Assembly (NCBI RefSeq): GCF_018350175.1
Contig: NC_058368.1
Span: forward strand, 32,242,001 to 32,306,000
Source of the DNA: Felis catus
Lineage: Eukaryota
Direction of reading: 5' to 3'
DNA length: 64,000 nucleotides
Shown: in pieces, positions 1-12,880 of the stretch
Numbering within the stretch: position 1 is the first letter of the stretch
How the letters are laid out: every line of letters begins with the position of its first letter
Notes under the pieces: model-generated
What the model saw: only the letters and a program-made list of their open reading frames with translations
What the model was told of the DNA's origin: nothing
Database searches by the model: none
Position numbers and translations under genes: made by a program

Positions 1-475
1 TGGAGCCAACACAAACAACCAGATGTATGAGAGAATGAGCCTTCATTTCCTTCTGACCACGATATTCTGAGTCTTCCATCTGAGACCTTATGTTTTGAGA
101 ATATCTCTGCTCCTGTCAACTTGAAACTTTGACAGGATAAGTGATAAATATTTAGCATTTTTTTAGACCAATAGTTTTAGGGAGGATTGTTACAGTAACA
201 CATGACTAATTTGATGCAGCACATTGGATCACCAAGAATCTGTATTGTATAACTTGAGGTACTGAATGTCCAGGTATCAAGTGATTTGCTTTTATACATT
301 TTTAGATATTGCTAAATCAAAATGCCTAGATTATATTTCAAAATAATTATTTTATAAGGAATAGTTGATTTTCTAACAAAATATACAACTGAAATATATG
401 AGGATATGTTTGCTTCACAAAAAAAGGCTTTAAATTACTACATAGGTACTGCTTTAGGTGCTTTTTAAGACTTAA

Positions 476-478
<3 letters not shown>

Positions 479-513
<35 letters not shown>
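479..513. repeat. (TG)n microsatellite
   Basis: Seen directly. Confidence 0.95.
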
Positions 514-515
<2 letters not shown>

Positions 516-614
516 ACAAGTACAGCTTATGTTTAAGTTCAGGATGGCAAGTTTACCTCAAAAACATATGATGGTATATAACTTGTAAAGAAGGAGCTTT
601 TCAAAAATAGGATA

Positions 615-700
615 TAGAGAGGAAGAAAGAAGGAAGGAAGGAAGGAAATGAGGGAGGGAGGGAGGAAGGAAGGAGGGAGGGAGAGAAGGAAGGATGGAGA
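615..700. repeat. Purine-rich (GGAA/GGGA)n repeat
   Basis: Seen directly. Confidence 0.9.
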
Positions 701-3377
701 CTGATTTAAAATTGTCTACCCAAAATATTTCCAGTTGACATGGATGTAGGTTCTTATAAATTTGTATTTTGTAGTGTGTTACATACTTTTGTATCAATGT
801 TCCATTACATTAAGGATCAATTACAAATCTATTACAATAAAATGACTTAGTCATTTTCCATCCAAAAATATTGACAACTATTTTCTGGTACTACACTGGT
901 GTTTCAAATCATTAGTAAAAAAAGAACATGCAGTAATTTGTTAACAAAAATTGCTTTTAGATAAGGAATATACCATATTTTTATGCATATACATCTGTTT
1001 TTCTCAAGAGGCAAATATTGGCAACCGTTTTCAAGTACCACACTGGTGGCAAGAAGCAACACATAATAACTAAAAACAAAAACGTTTTCTTATTGGAAAC
1101 TACTTCCAGTGACTTTTGGAAGTTTTATTGGATAAAATAAAAGAATAGAAACTAGAGATGTCTTACATATTTTATATGTAAATGTATGCATTCCATTGAT
1201 TTGCTTGCTCATTTATTTTACTTGATTGCTGGGTGCTGTGTATTGTAACATAAACCATCAATTAACTCAGTAATTATGTTCTTTAATTATGTAGTAACCA
1301 AGTGAAACAATATCAAAAACTATATGAGAGTGTGTGTATATGTGTGTATATACATATACATGTAATACATATATACATATATGTACATTTCATATATACA
1401 TATACACACACAAGTCTGCTAATTGGTGTTTTACATCTCTCCTCCGTTTATTTTCCTTTAGAAATTTCATTAAACATTCTATATTCTTATACACATTCAA
1501 TATTTTATTACCTTAGTGGGTGCTTTTTAAATAGTGATTGAAATATTGAGATAATTTAGAGAGTCAGCATTTTCCCTAGTAGAAGACAGTAAATTTCTAC
1601 TCTGGCAACACCACACCTCAATATATTAGTGTCATTTATTATAATGCATACTTAAGTTTAGTTTGATTATAAAACAATGAGAATCACAGTTTTAGACTAG
1701 AGAGACAACGAACTTTCAAGCCAGAAAACCCTAGGCTTCAAATGCCTCCTTTCTATTTATTATCAGTGAGGCTTTAGAATAATTACATAATGTTTTCAAG
1801 CCTCAGTTTTTTTCATCTGCGTAACAGAAAAATAGCAAAATAATGCCAGATTTCTAAATTTCTGAGAATTAAGTGAATGCATATAAAATGTATGTCTCAT
1901 AGTATACATGCAATCATTTATGGCTATTTCTATGATTGGTTAAGAGCCCATCAGCTCTGTGGGAAGGGTGATGCTGAGAGATGGAGAAACTGAGGATTCT
2001 GTAGCTGCTGATTTAAGGCCTATGAAAGAGCAATTATGTAAAAGCTTTAATTAAACAGCTATAGCAGTAGAGCTACTTACTAACTGGATAATCACTAATT
2101 TTTCTTAGGTGAGGAGGAAATTTGTAATGGTTTCTAAAAAAGAGGCTGCCATCTTCCAGGCATAGTATGAGGAGTTCAACCCATTATTAGTATTATGTTC
2201 GGACCTACCTCACTGGGATACTTTATAGGCTATTCTCTATTTATCCACTCATCCCTGCAACTCTCTCTACTAGGTCTACTTGCGAAGAACTGTCACCAAG
2301 CCCCACAGGGCCTACAATTCATATTCTTTTTAGGTACTCTTACTCAAGCAAATCATTGCTCACATTATAGTCTAAAGAATGCCCAGTCTCATACCTAAGA
2401 TTAAAGACAATGCTGTCATGAAGACGATTTGTTTTTTCAAATTCGCAGTTCTGTTTTCACAAGGCATTTTGGAGTTTCAGACTCATTCAGAAGAAAGGTA
2501 AGATCGTACCATTCCTCATCAGGGATTCTAAAACAGATAACTGGGTTGTTCTGACCTTGGGCAAGTAAAGTTACTGTAAGCAGTTGGGACATTTTGCTCC
2601 TACTTATCATTTCAGGGTCACCAGCTGCTATTGTGAGGGTGATGTGTTCTGGGAATTCGAGCCACAACATTTAGAGGGGCGATTGGGCAATCCAGGGATG
2701 AGCTCGAGCTGCTGCCTCAGAGGAATCATTCTTGTGTGCCACTTTTGCCAGCGGCTGAGATCTGTAATAGCAGTTGAATAAGAGAGATAATTGGAGTGGG
2801 AAAAAGGGAAGGAGAGATCTGGTAAAATAAATTACACAAAGTGTTTTATTCTGAAAGTCAAAGTTATATCCTGTGTGGAGTCCCTCCCCTCCTCCTCGCC
2901 ATGCTCACTTTTCCTCCTCACAAATGATGGCACATCCCCCAGTCTCTCAAAAAGATCTTATGCCCCAGGCGTCAGGGACATGCTTGATTCCATTGTTAAT
3001 AGACACAAAAGCAGAGGACAAGCCCAGGAAGAAAAAAAGTTGTCATTTTACTACAGTAAGAACTCATGCAGCATGAACATTTGTGAAAGGGATTTTAAAT
3101 TGTTTACTGTATTCAGGGCATGGTTATTGTGATTTTATTGTATTTGATATTTAAAGAAAATTGTGTCCTTTTTTAAAACAATGGAAGGATAGCAGGTTTA
3201 GTTTTGCAATTATGAATTCTTGGTAAAGGTACACATATACATGTCTATATGTGGTTTGTGATGATAAACTATTAGAAATAGCCCCAAGATGTCAAAACTT
3301 TGAGTGTTGCAGTGTGTACTGCATTTTATAGTAATTATAGATTTACATGTTTAGTTGTCTGGAGATGATATGATTTT

Positions 3378-3599
3378 TTTAAATTTTTAAATGTTTATTT
3401 TTAAGAGAGAGAGAGAGAAAGAGAGAGAGAGAAGGTACAAGTGGGAGAGGGGCAGAGAGAGGGAGACACAGAATCAGAAACAGGCTCCAGGCTCCGAGCC
3501 ATCAGCACAGAGCCCAACGTGGGGCTTGAACTCACGAACTGCAAGATCATGACCTGAGCCAAAATGGATGCTTAACTGACTAAGCCACCAAGGCACCCC
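3378..3599 (-). mobile_element. CanSINE (tRNA-derived carnivore SINE)
   Basis: GGGGTGCC head on the minus strand, CT-rich tract, A-rich tail; TSD tatgatttt. Confidence 0.93.
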
Positions 3600-4849
3600 T
3601 ATGATTTTAATTTTAATATGGCAAAACCTTAACATTCCATAGACACATAGTAGTAACTAAAAAAACTATTGAATGAATAACAAATTAGCAGTTATCTTAC
3701 CCACTCCTGAAAGGAAATTTGCATCTTAAAAAGGTTTGAAATGTAACAGAATGATAACCCATTAAAATACTAAAATTTCCTAAAACTATATAGATCTCTC
3801 TCTCATACACACATGCACACATGCACACACACACACATCACACACACACCACATGCAAATGCACATCACAACATTCCTTATGTTAATTTGATCTACACAT
3901 AATGCAAATATAAGACTTATAATGTAATTTAAAAGAACCAGTTACTGAGATAAAACTTTATTTTAGAGTTTTCTAATTTCTACATTTATTAGACCTCCTA
4001 ATATTTCAAATTAGATATTGTAATTTTTAAAATGTGATTCTACACAAGTGCCTACCCTACTTTTCTATGATGTTTCAGGGTGGGGATAAAAATTATTTTC
4101 TCTCTTTAGTATGTTGAAACTGTTTGGTATTCTGTTTTCCTTTTCCTTTTTACTCCTTTACAAAATACTGTGAAGGTCACTGCTTCATTCAAAGTAGACA
4201 CTGGTAGTATTTCAAACATTAGCTGCATAATAACATAAGAAGATTATTTCATAGTTATTTCTAGTGTCAGCATTTGTAGTTTTAATCCACTTTTTTAGTT
4301 TTGTTTCTTGTCTCTTATGCTGAATGATAATTATGCAAAAAAACAAGAATTTAAACAAATTGATTTTTATGGAAAAGATCAATCTAAATTTAAAAACAAA
4401 TGTATCATTATGAGCAATACTATAGATCTAACCATCCAGAGCTATAATATTCATCATTTTAGCAATGCTAATTTTATGAAGTGATTTACCCTATGTCCAT
4501 TAACCGTGCAGCTGTTCAAATTAAGACATTCAGCATGTATCTTAGTACCACTAATAAGTGGTTCTGGTAAAATAGTTAAAAGTATATGTATGAGAATAAG
4601 AATTTTTTTTCTGTTGTATTTGTTTTCAATATTCACTAACAATGATAATGGCAAATATTGACTGTTTTCTAAATACCAGTTTCTGAGCTTAGAATTTTAT
4701 ATTTCTTATTCTTTTAAATCCTTATGATGTGAATGACTACTTTAAGAAATTTAGAGAGATGAAATAATCTTACAAAATCCAAGTAACCAAGTCAAGATTC
4801 AGAAGTAGGTTTGTTATCTGAATTGTGTGTGGAAATTTAATCTTCATTA

Positions 4850-5560
4850 CTAGGAGGGAAAAAAAGGAAACAGGCCATTAGCCAACTTAATCAGGATAGA
4901 ATACAGAAAACAAACCAAAAAAAAAAAAAGAGAGAAAAAAGAGAGAAATTATCAAAACTGAGTAAATAAAAATATAGTCATAGAGATTTTTGTGCAACTT
5001 TATATAAATACATTTGAAAACTTAATTAATAATGAATAATTTTCTATAAAAAGGCAACTGATAGACAATGATTCTAGCCTATAAATCTAAAAAGGATCAA
5101 TAAACATTGGAGAAATAATAGCTAAATAAATCATTCATAAAAGCCATCAGGCCCAGATATTTTCAGAGGTGTATTTTGTCATACCTTTAAAATTCACATA
5201 AGTATATGCTATTCTAACTTCTCTAGAGCATAGATACAAAATGCCAAATTTTTTAATTCTTTTATATAAGTAACGATAGTATTAATCCACAAACATAAAA
5301 ATATTTTACAAAGAAAAAAATGGCCTAAAACTGACCACTTAAGAAAATTGAGGTAAAATCCTAAACGAAATGTTAGCAAGCAGAATCCAGTAATATATTT
5401 AAAAATAGTACATAGTGACTAAGTGAGGTTAATTCAAAAAAACAAAGGTTGTCTAGTATTAAAATACACATTGATACAAACCATTATATTAATAGGTCCA
5501 AGGAAAAACCTTATGTAATCATACCTTTAGTGGCAAAAAAAGGATTTGAAAAATATCAAT
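4850..5560 (+). mobile_element. Old L1 ORF2 fragment
   Basis: A-rich degenerate ORF2 motifs (catcaggcccagat, aaaatcctaaacgaaatgttagcaagcagaatccag). Confidence 0.75.
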
Positions 5561-5564
5561 TTTA

Positions 5565-5788
5565 TTTTTTTTAATTTTTTTTAACGTTTATTTATTTTTG
5601 AGACAGAGAGAGACAGAGCATGAACGGGGGAGGGTCAGAGAGAGAGGGAGACACAGAATCTGAAACAGGCTCCAGGCTCTGAGCTGTCAGCACAGAGCCC
5701 GATGCGGGGCTCGAACTCATGGACCGCGAGATCATGACCTCAGCCGAAGTCGTACGCAGTCGTACCGACTGAGCCACCCAGGCGCCCC
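5565..5788 (-). mobile_element. CanSINE (SINEC_Fc-like) inserted in an old L1 fragment
   Basis: GGGGCGCCTGGGTGGCTCAGTCGGT head; TSD aaaatatcaatttt. Confidence 0.95.
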
Positions 5789-5995
5789 AGAAAATATCAA
5801 TTTTAAACTATGTTTCAACATTTAATAACCATAAGAGTTTGTACATATTTTCTTATTAGGGCACACATATATTTATGGGTATGTATACACACAAACAAAT
5901 GCTGGCTCTCGGGTCACTATATGTATTTAACATTATAGCTATATGTCTCATTTATATATCAGCATAAGAAAATTCCTTAAAAATAACTTCATAAA

Positions 5996-6200
5996 GAGGC
6001 ACCTAGGTAGCTCTGTTGGTTAAGCGACTGAACTCTTGGTTTCAGCTCAGGTCATGATCTCACCCTTCATGGGATCAAGCTCTGCATTGGGCTGTCAGCG
6101 TGCAGTCTGCTTGGGATTCTCTCTTCCTCTCTCTCTGCCTCTCCCCTGCTTGCATGTGTTCTCTCTCTCTTGCTCTCTCAAAATAAATAATTAAAAATTA
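5996..6200 (+). mobile_element. CanSINE (older subfamily)
   Basis: Diverged head, CT tract, aaataaataa tail; TSD aaaaataa(c/g)ttcataaa. Confidence 0.92.
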
Positions 6201-6635
6201 AAAAATAAGTTCATAAAATTTGAAATCCAAACTACACAAATGATCTTGATATTCAGTAGTTTGGATAAGTAATAGAAAAAATTATTTCCAATGCCTTCAC
6301 ACACTCTATGTTGCCAAAGGGACAAATGAACAAACAAAAGCAAGAGGAAAATCTTAACCTATTTTAGTCATGAAGTTGGAAAGTAGTGTTGGTATTGTTA
6401 AGACTGTTATACATTTGGAGGTAGTGTTACCATTATAATCGCAATACAGTTGCATTTGTATTGTATAATAAAGGAAATAAATAATTATGTTGGTGATGTT
6501 GGAGACCAGATTTTGAAAATGGGACAAATGAGAACTAGCTGTAATGATTAAGTAAATTTTTGTCATCCTGAATTTGAATTGGAAGTTTCAGTATGAATTC
6601 ATGAAGAATTTACCTTATAAGAAATATTAATTTGT

Positions 6636-6867
6636 GGGGCACCTGGGTAGCTCAGTCGGTTAAGTGTCTAATTTAGCCTCAGGTCATGATCTTGTGGTTC
6701 ATGAGTTCGAGCCCTGGGTCAGGCTCTGTGCTGACAATTTGGTGTCTGGAGCCTGCTTCGGATTTTGTGTCTCCCTCTCTGCTCCTCCCCCACTCACCCA
6801 CTGTCTCTCTCTCAAAAATAAATAAACATATAAATAAATAAATAAATAAATAAATAAGTAAATAAAT
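6636..6867 (+). mobile_element. CanSINE with (TAAA)n tail, next to the L1 3' end
   Basis: GGGGCACCTGGGTAGCTCAGTCGGTTAAG head; degenerate TSD aaatat(ta/ca)(a/g)tttgt. Confidence 0.93.
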
Positions 6868-7179
6868 AAATATCAGTTTGTTAACTTCTCCTTTCTTTTT
6901 ATCTGTTTTTTCTTACTTTTTTTTAATTTTATTTTTTATTTTTTTTAATTTATCCAAATAATTTATCATATAGTGCAACAATGTTTTCAGGAGTAGATTC
7001 CTTAGTGCCCCTTACCTATTTAGCCCATCCGCCCTCCCACAACCCCTCCATTAACCCTCAGTTTGCTCTCCATATTTATGAGTCTCTTCTGTTTTGTCCC
7101 CCTCCCTGTTTTTATATTATTTTGTTTCCTTCCCTTATGTTCACCTGTTTTGTCTCTTAAAGTCCTCATATGAGTGCAG

Positions 7180-7294
7180 TCATAGGATTTTTGTCTTTCT
7201 CTGACTAATTTCACTCAGCATAATACCCTCCAGTTCCATCCACGTAACTGCAAATGGCAAGATTTCATTCTTTTTCATTGCTGAGTAATACTCC

Positions 7295-7345
<51 letters not shown>

Positions 7346-10300
7346 CACATCTTCTTTATCCATTCATTCATCTATAGATGGACATTGGACATTTGGGCTA
7401 TTTCCATATTTTGGCTATTGTTGATAGTGCTGCTATAAACATGGGGGTGCATGTGTCCCTTCAAAACAGCACACCTGTATTCCGTGGATAAATGCCTAGT
7501 AGTGCAATTGCTGGGTCGTAGGATAGTTCTACTTTCAGTTTTTTGAGGAACCTCCATACTGTTTTGCAGAGTGGCTGCACCAGCTTGCATTCCAACCAAC
7601 AATGCAAAAGAGATCCTCTTTCTCCACATCCTCACCAACATCTGTTGTTGCCTGAGTTGTTAATGTTAGCCATTCTGAGAGTTGTGAGGTGGTATCTCAT
7701 TTTGGTTTTGATTTGTGTTTCCCTGATGATGAGTGATGTGGAACATTTTTTCATGTGTCGGTTGGCCATCTGGATGTCTTCTTTGGAGAAGTATCTATTC
7801 ATGTCTTTTGCCCACTTCTTCACTGGATTATTTGTTTTTTGGGTGTTGAGTTTGGTAAGTTCTTTATAGATTTTGGATAGTAACCCTTTATCTGTTATGT
7901 CATTTGTGAATATCTTCTCCCATTCTGTTGGTTGTCTTTTGTTTTGCTGATTGTTTCCATCACTCTGCAGCAGCTTTTTATTTTGATGAGGTCCCAGTAG
8001 TTCATTTTTGCTTTTGTTTCCCTTGCCTCCAGAGACATGGTGAGTAAGAAATTGCTGCGGCCAAGATCAAAGAGGTTTTTGCCTGCTTTCTCCTTGAGGA
8101 TTTTGATGGCTTCCTGTCTTACACTGAGGTCTTTTATCCTTTTTGAGTTTATTTTTGTGTATGGTGTAAGAAAGTAGTCCAGGTTCATTCTTCTGCATGT
8201 CACTGTTCAGTTTTCCCAGCACCACTTGCTGAAGAGACTGTCTTTATTCCATTGGATAATCTTTCCTGCTTTGTCAAAGATGAGTTGGCCATATGTTTGT
8301 GGGTCCCTGTCTGGGTTCTCTATTCTGTTCCATTGATCTAAGTGTCTGTTCTTGTGCCAGTACCATACTGTCTTCATGATTATGCTTTGTAGTATAGCTT
8401 GAAGTCTGGGATTGTAATGCCTCCTGCTTTGGTTTCTTTTTCAAGATTGCTTTGGCTCTTCGGGGTCTTTTCTGGTTCCATACAAATTTTAGGATTATTT
8501 GTTCTAGCTCTGTGAAGCATGCTGGTGTTATTTTGATAGGGATTGCATTGAATATGTAGATTGCTTTGGGTAGTATCGACATTTTAACAATATTTGTTCT
8601 TCCTATCCAGGAGCATGGAATCTTTTTCCATTTTTTTTGTGTCTTCTTCAATTTCATTCATAAGCTTTCAATAGTTTTCAGTGTATAGATTTTTCACCTC
8701 TTTGGTTAGATTCTTAGGTATTTAATGGTTTTTGGTGCAACTGTAAATGGGATCGATTCCTTGATTTCTTTTTCTGTCGTTTCATTGTCGGTGTGTAGGA
8801 ATGCAACCAATTTCTGTGCGTTGATTTTCTATCCTGCAACTTGGCTGAATTCATGAATCAACTCTAGCAGTTTTTTGGTAGAATCTTTTGGATTTTCCAT
8901 ATAGAGTATCATGTCATCTGGGAAGAGTGAAAGTTTGACCTCCTCCTGGCATATTGGGATGCCTTTTATTTCTTTGTGTTGACTGATTGCAGAGGCTATG
9001 ACTTCCAATACTATGTTGAATAATAGTGGCGAGAGTGGACATCCCTGTCTTGTTCCTGACCTTAAGGGGAAAGCTCTTAGTTTTTCCCCATTGAGGTTGA
9101 TATTACCATTGGGTTGTTCATATATGGCTTTTATGATCTCTAGGTATGCTCCTTCTATCCCTACTTTCTTGAGGGTTTTATTAAGAAAGGATGCTGTATT
9201 TTGTCAAATGCTTTCTCTGCACCTATTGAGAGGATCATATGGTTCTTGTCCTTTCTTTTATTGATGTGATGAATCATGTTAATTGTTTTGCAGATATTGA
9301 ACCAGCCCTGCATCCGAGGTATAAATCCCACTTTTGGTGAATAATTTTTTTAATGTATTGTTGGAGCCAGTTGGCTTATATCGTGTTGAAGATTTTTGCA
9401 TCCATTTTCCTCAGGGAAATTGGTCTATAGTTCTCCTTTTTAGTGGGGTCTCTGTCTGGTTTTGGAATCAAGGTAATGCTGGCTAACAGAAAGAGTTTGG
9501 AAGTTTTCCTTCCATTTCTATTTTTTGGAACAGTTTCAAGAAGGAAGAGTTTAACTCTTCCTTAAATGTTTGGTAGAATTCGCCTGGAAAGCCATCTGGC
9601 GCTGGACTCTTGTTTTTTCGCAGATTTTTGACTACTAATTCGACTTCCTTACTGGGTATGGGTCTGTTCAAGTTTTCTATTTCTTCCTGTTTCAGTTTTG
9701 GTAGGGTATATGTTTCTAGGAATTTGTCCATTTCTTCCAGATTGCCCATTTTATTGGCATGCAATTGCTCACAATATTCTTTTTATTGTTTTTATTTCTG
9801 CTGTGGTGGTTGTGATCTTTCCTCTTTTATTATTGATTTTATTTATTTAGGTCCTTTCCTTTTTCAGACTGGCTAGTGTTTTATCAATTTTGTTAATTCT
9901 TTCAAAGAACCAGCCTCTGGTTTCGTTGATCTGTTCTACTAATTTTTTTTGGTGTCTATAGAATTAATTTCTGCTCTAATCAGTATTATTTCTTGTCTTC
10001 TGGTGGTTTTGGGTTTTATTTGCTGTTCTTTTTTCCAGCTCCTTAAGGCATAAGGTTAGGTTGTGTATCTGAGATCTTTCTTTTTTCTTTAGGAAGGCCT
10101 GGATTGCTCTATACTTTCCTCTTATGACTGCCTTTGCTGCGTCCCAGAGGTTTTGGGTTGTGGTGTTATCCTTTTCATTGGCTTTCATATACCTTTTAAT
10201 TTCCTCTTTAACTTCTTGGTTGGCCCATGCATTCTTTAGTAGGATGTTCTTTAGTCTCCAAGTATTTGTTACCTTTCCAAATTTTTTCTTGTGGTTGATT

Positions 10301-10997
10301 TCAAGTTTCATAGCGTTGTGGTCTGAAAATATGCACGGTATGATATCGATCTTTTTGTACTTACTAAGGCTGATTTGTGTGCCATTGTATGGTCTATTCG
10401 GAGAATGTTCCATGTGCACTGGAGAAGAATGTGTATTCTGCTTTAGGATGAAATGTTCTGAATATATCTGTGAAGTCCATCCGGTCCAGTGTGTCATTCA
10501 AAGCCATTGTTTCCTTGTTGCTTTTTTGATTAGATGATCTGTCCATTGCTGTGAGTGGGTGTTGAAGTCTTCTATTATTATGGTATTAGTATTGATGAGT
10601 TTCTTTATGTTTGTGGTTAATTGATTTATATATTTGGGAGCTCTCACATTTGGTGCATAAATGTTTATAATTGTTAGGTCTTCTTGGTGGTAGACCCCTT
10701 GATTATGATATAATGCCCTTCTGCATGTCTTGATACAGTCTTTATTTTAAAGTCTAAATTGTCTGATATAAGTATGGCTACTCCAGCTTTCTTTTGTTGA
10801 CCATTAGCATGATAGATGGTTCTCCAGCCCCTTATTTTTAATCTGAAGGTGTCTTCAGGTCTAAAGTGGGTCTCTTGTAAACAGCATATAGATGGATCTT
10901 GTTTTCTTGTCCATTCTGTTATCCTATGTCTTTTGATTGGAGCATTGAGTCCATTGATGTTTAGAGTGAGTACTGAAAGATACGAATTTATTGCCAT
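7180..10997 (-). pseudogene. L1 ORF2p (endonuclease/reverse transcriptase), multiple frameshifts and stops
   Basis: Fragments in order: endonuclease (TLNINGLNAPIKR, ICCLQETH, FSDHNAMKLEIN), RT-region [16 protein letters not shown] and [28 protein letters not shown]...NNRCW, and C-terminal EWIKKMWY and WMELEGIMLSEISQ. Confidence 0.95.
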
Positions 10998-11101
10998 TAT
11001 GATGCTTGAAGAGTTGGAGTTACTGGTGTTCTCTGGTCCTTTCTAATCTTTTGTTGCTTTTGGCATTTATTTGTTTGTTTGTTTGTTTAATATTTATATT
11101 T

Positions 11102-12000
11102 TCATCTTTTCTCCCCTCTGAGAGTCCCCCTAAAAATTTCTTGCAGGGCTGGTTTAGCGGTCACAGACTCCTTTCATTTTTGTTTGTCTGGGAAACTTTT
11201 TATCTCTGCTTCTATTTTGAATGATAGCCTTGCTGGATAAAGAATTCTTGGCTGCATATTTTTCTGATTCAGCACACTGAATATATCCCACCGCTCCTTT
11301 CTGGCCTGCCAAGTTTCTGTGGATAGGCCTGCTCTGAACCTGATCTGTCTTCCCTTGTCGGTTAGGGACTTTTTTTTTTCCCTTGCTGCTTTCATGATTC
11401 TCTCCTTGCATGAACATTTTGTGAATTTGACTATGATATGCCTTGTTGATGGTCGTTTTTTGTTGAATCTAATGGGGGTTCTCTGTGCTTCCTGGATTTT
11501 GATGTCTGTGTCTTTCCCCAGGTTAGGAAAGTTTTCTGCTATGATTTGCTCACTAATCCCTTCTATCCCTATTTCTGTCTCTTCCTCCTCTGGGACCCCT
11601 ATGATTCTGATGTTGTTCCTTATTAATGAGCCACTGATTTCTCTAATTCTTAAGCTGTGCTCTTTTCCCTTTATCTCCCTCTTTTTTTCTGCTTCATTAT
11701 TCTCTCTGAGTTTGTCCTCTATATCGCTGATTCTCTGTTCTTCCTCGTCCATCCTTCCCGCTGCTGCATCCATCTGTGTTTGCAGCTCAGTTATAGCATT
11801 TTTAATTTCATTCTGGCTATTTTTTACTTCTTTTATCTCTGCAGAAAGGGATTCGAATCTATTTTCGACTCCAGCTAGTATTCTTCTTATCGTGATTCTA
11901 AATTGTGGTTCAGACATCTTGCTCCTATCTGTGTTGGTTGAATCCCTGGTTGTTGTTTCTTCGTGTTCTTTCTTTGGGGTGAATTCCTTCATTTTGTCAT
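11102..12000 (-). pseudogene. L1 ORF1p (RNA-binding/coiled-coil protein), disrupted
   Basis: ORF 11174..11992 has typical ORF1p motifs (RNNIRIIGVPEEEE, IQEAQRTP, RHIIVKF, QPRILYPARLSF). The probable start ATG ACA AAA TGA at 12000 has a stop at codon 4, and there is a frameshift near the C-terminus. Confidence 0.93.
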
Positions 12001-12230
12001 TTTGGAGGGAGAAAAGGAATTAATGAGGTAGAAAAATTAAAAGTCAAAAAATATTAAAATTAAAAGAATATTAAAATTAAAAAATATTAAAATTAAAAAA
12101 ATATTAAAATTAAAAATTAAAACACACACACACACACAAAATCGTATAGATGATGCTGGATCCTAGGTGTGTTTTGGTTTGGGTGTTGAAAGTCGTTTGA
12201 CACATTGGAGAAATAAAAGGGGGGGAAGTA

Positions 12231-12880
12231 AATCGTTTGATAATTTGAAAAAATGAATACACTGAAGTAGACTAAAATGAGATGATGTGAGTAAAATAGA
12301 ATTTGAATAAATTTACACAAAATTAAAGATTATATTAGAAAAAAATTAAAAAAATAATTTTAATAAGAATTAAAAATAAAAATGTATTTTTTCTCTCTCT
12401 GTATTCAAGAAAAAGAAAAGAAAGAAAAAAGAAAAAGGAAATCATTTGAAAATTTGAAAAAGTGAATACACTGTAGTAGACTAAAATAAAATTATGGCAG
12501 TAAAATAGAATTTGAAAAAAAATTACGTAAAAGCAAAAAATATAGGAAAAAATTAAAGAAAAATATTTTAATAGAAATTTATGGTAAAAATGAAGTTTTT
12601 CTCTTTCTGCATCAGTAAAAAATGAAAAGAAATGAACAAGAGAAAAAAAGAAAAAGGAAATAATTTGAAAATTTGAAAAATTGAATACACTGAAGTACAG
12701 TAAAATAAAATGATGGAAGTAAAATAGAATTTGAAAACAAATTACATAAAAGTAAAAAATATAGTAAAAAAATTTAAGGAAAATTATTTTTCATAAAAAT
12801 TGATAATAAAAATGATTTTTTTTCCTCTTTCTATATTCAAGGAAAAAAAAGAAGCGAAAAAAAAAGAAAATGAAAATTGA
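12231..12880 (-). repeat. ~210-220 bp tandem repeat x3 in the L1 5' UTR upstream of ORF1
   Basis: The motif aatttgaaaaa.tgaatacactg.agta...gtaaaatagaatttgaa recurs at ~12240, ~12450 and ~12670. Confidence 0.85.

Noticed and set aside
1302..1541. ORFs rich in I/Y/H/T
   Set aside because: Translation of a TA/CA low-complexity repeat.
11319..12023. 234-aa hydrophobic ORF
   Set aside because: Antisense shadow of L1 ORF1.
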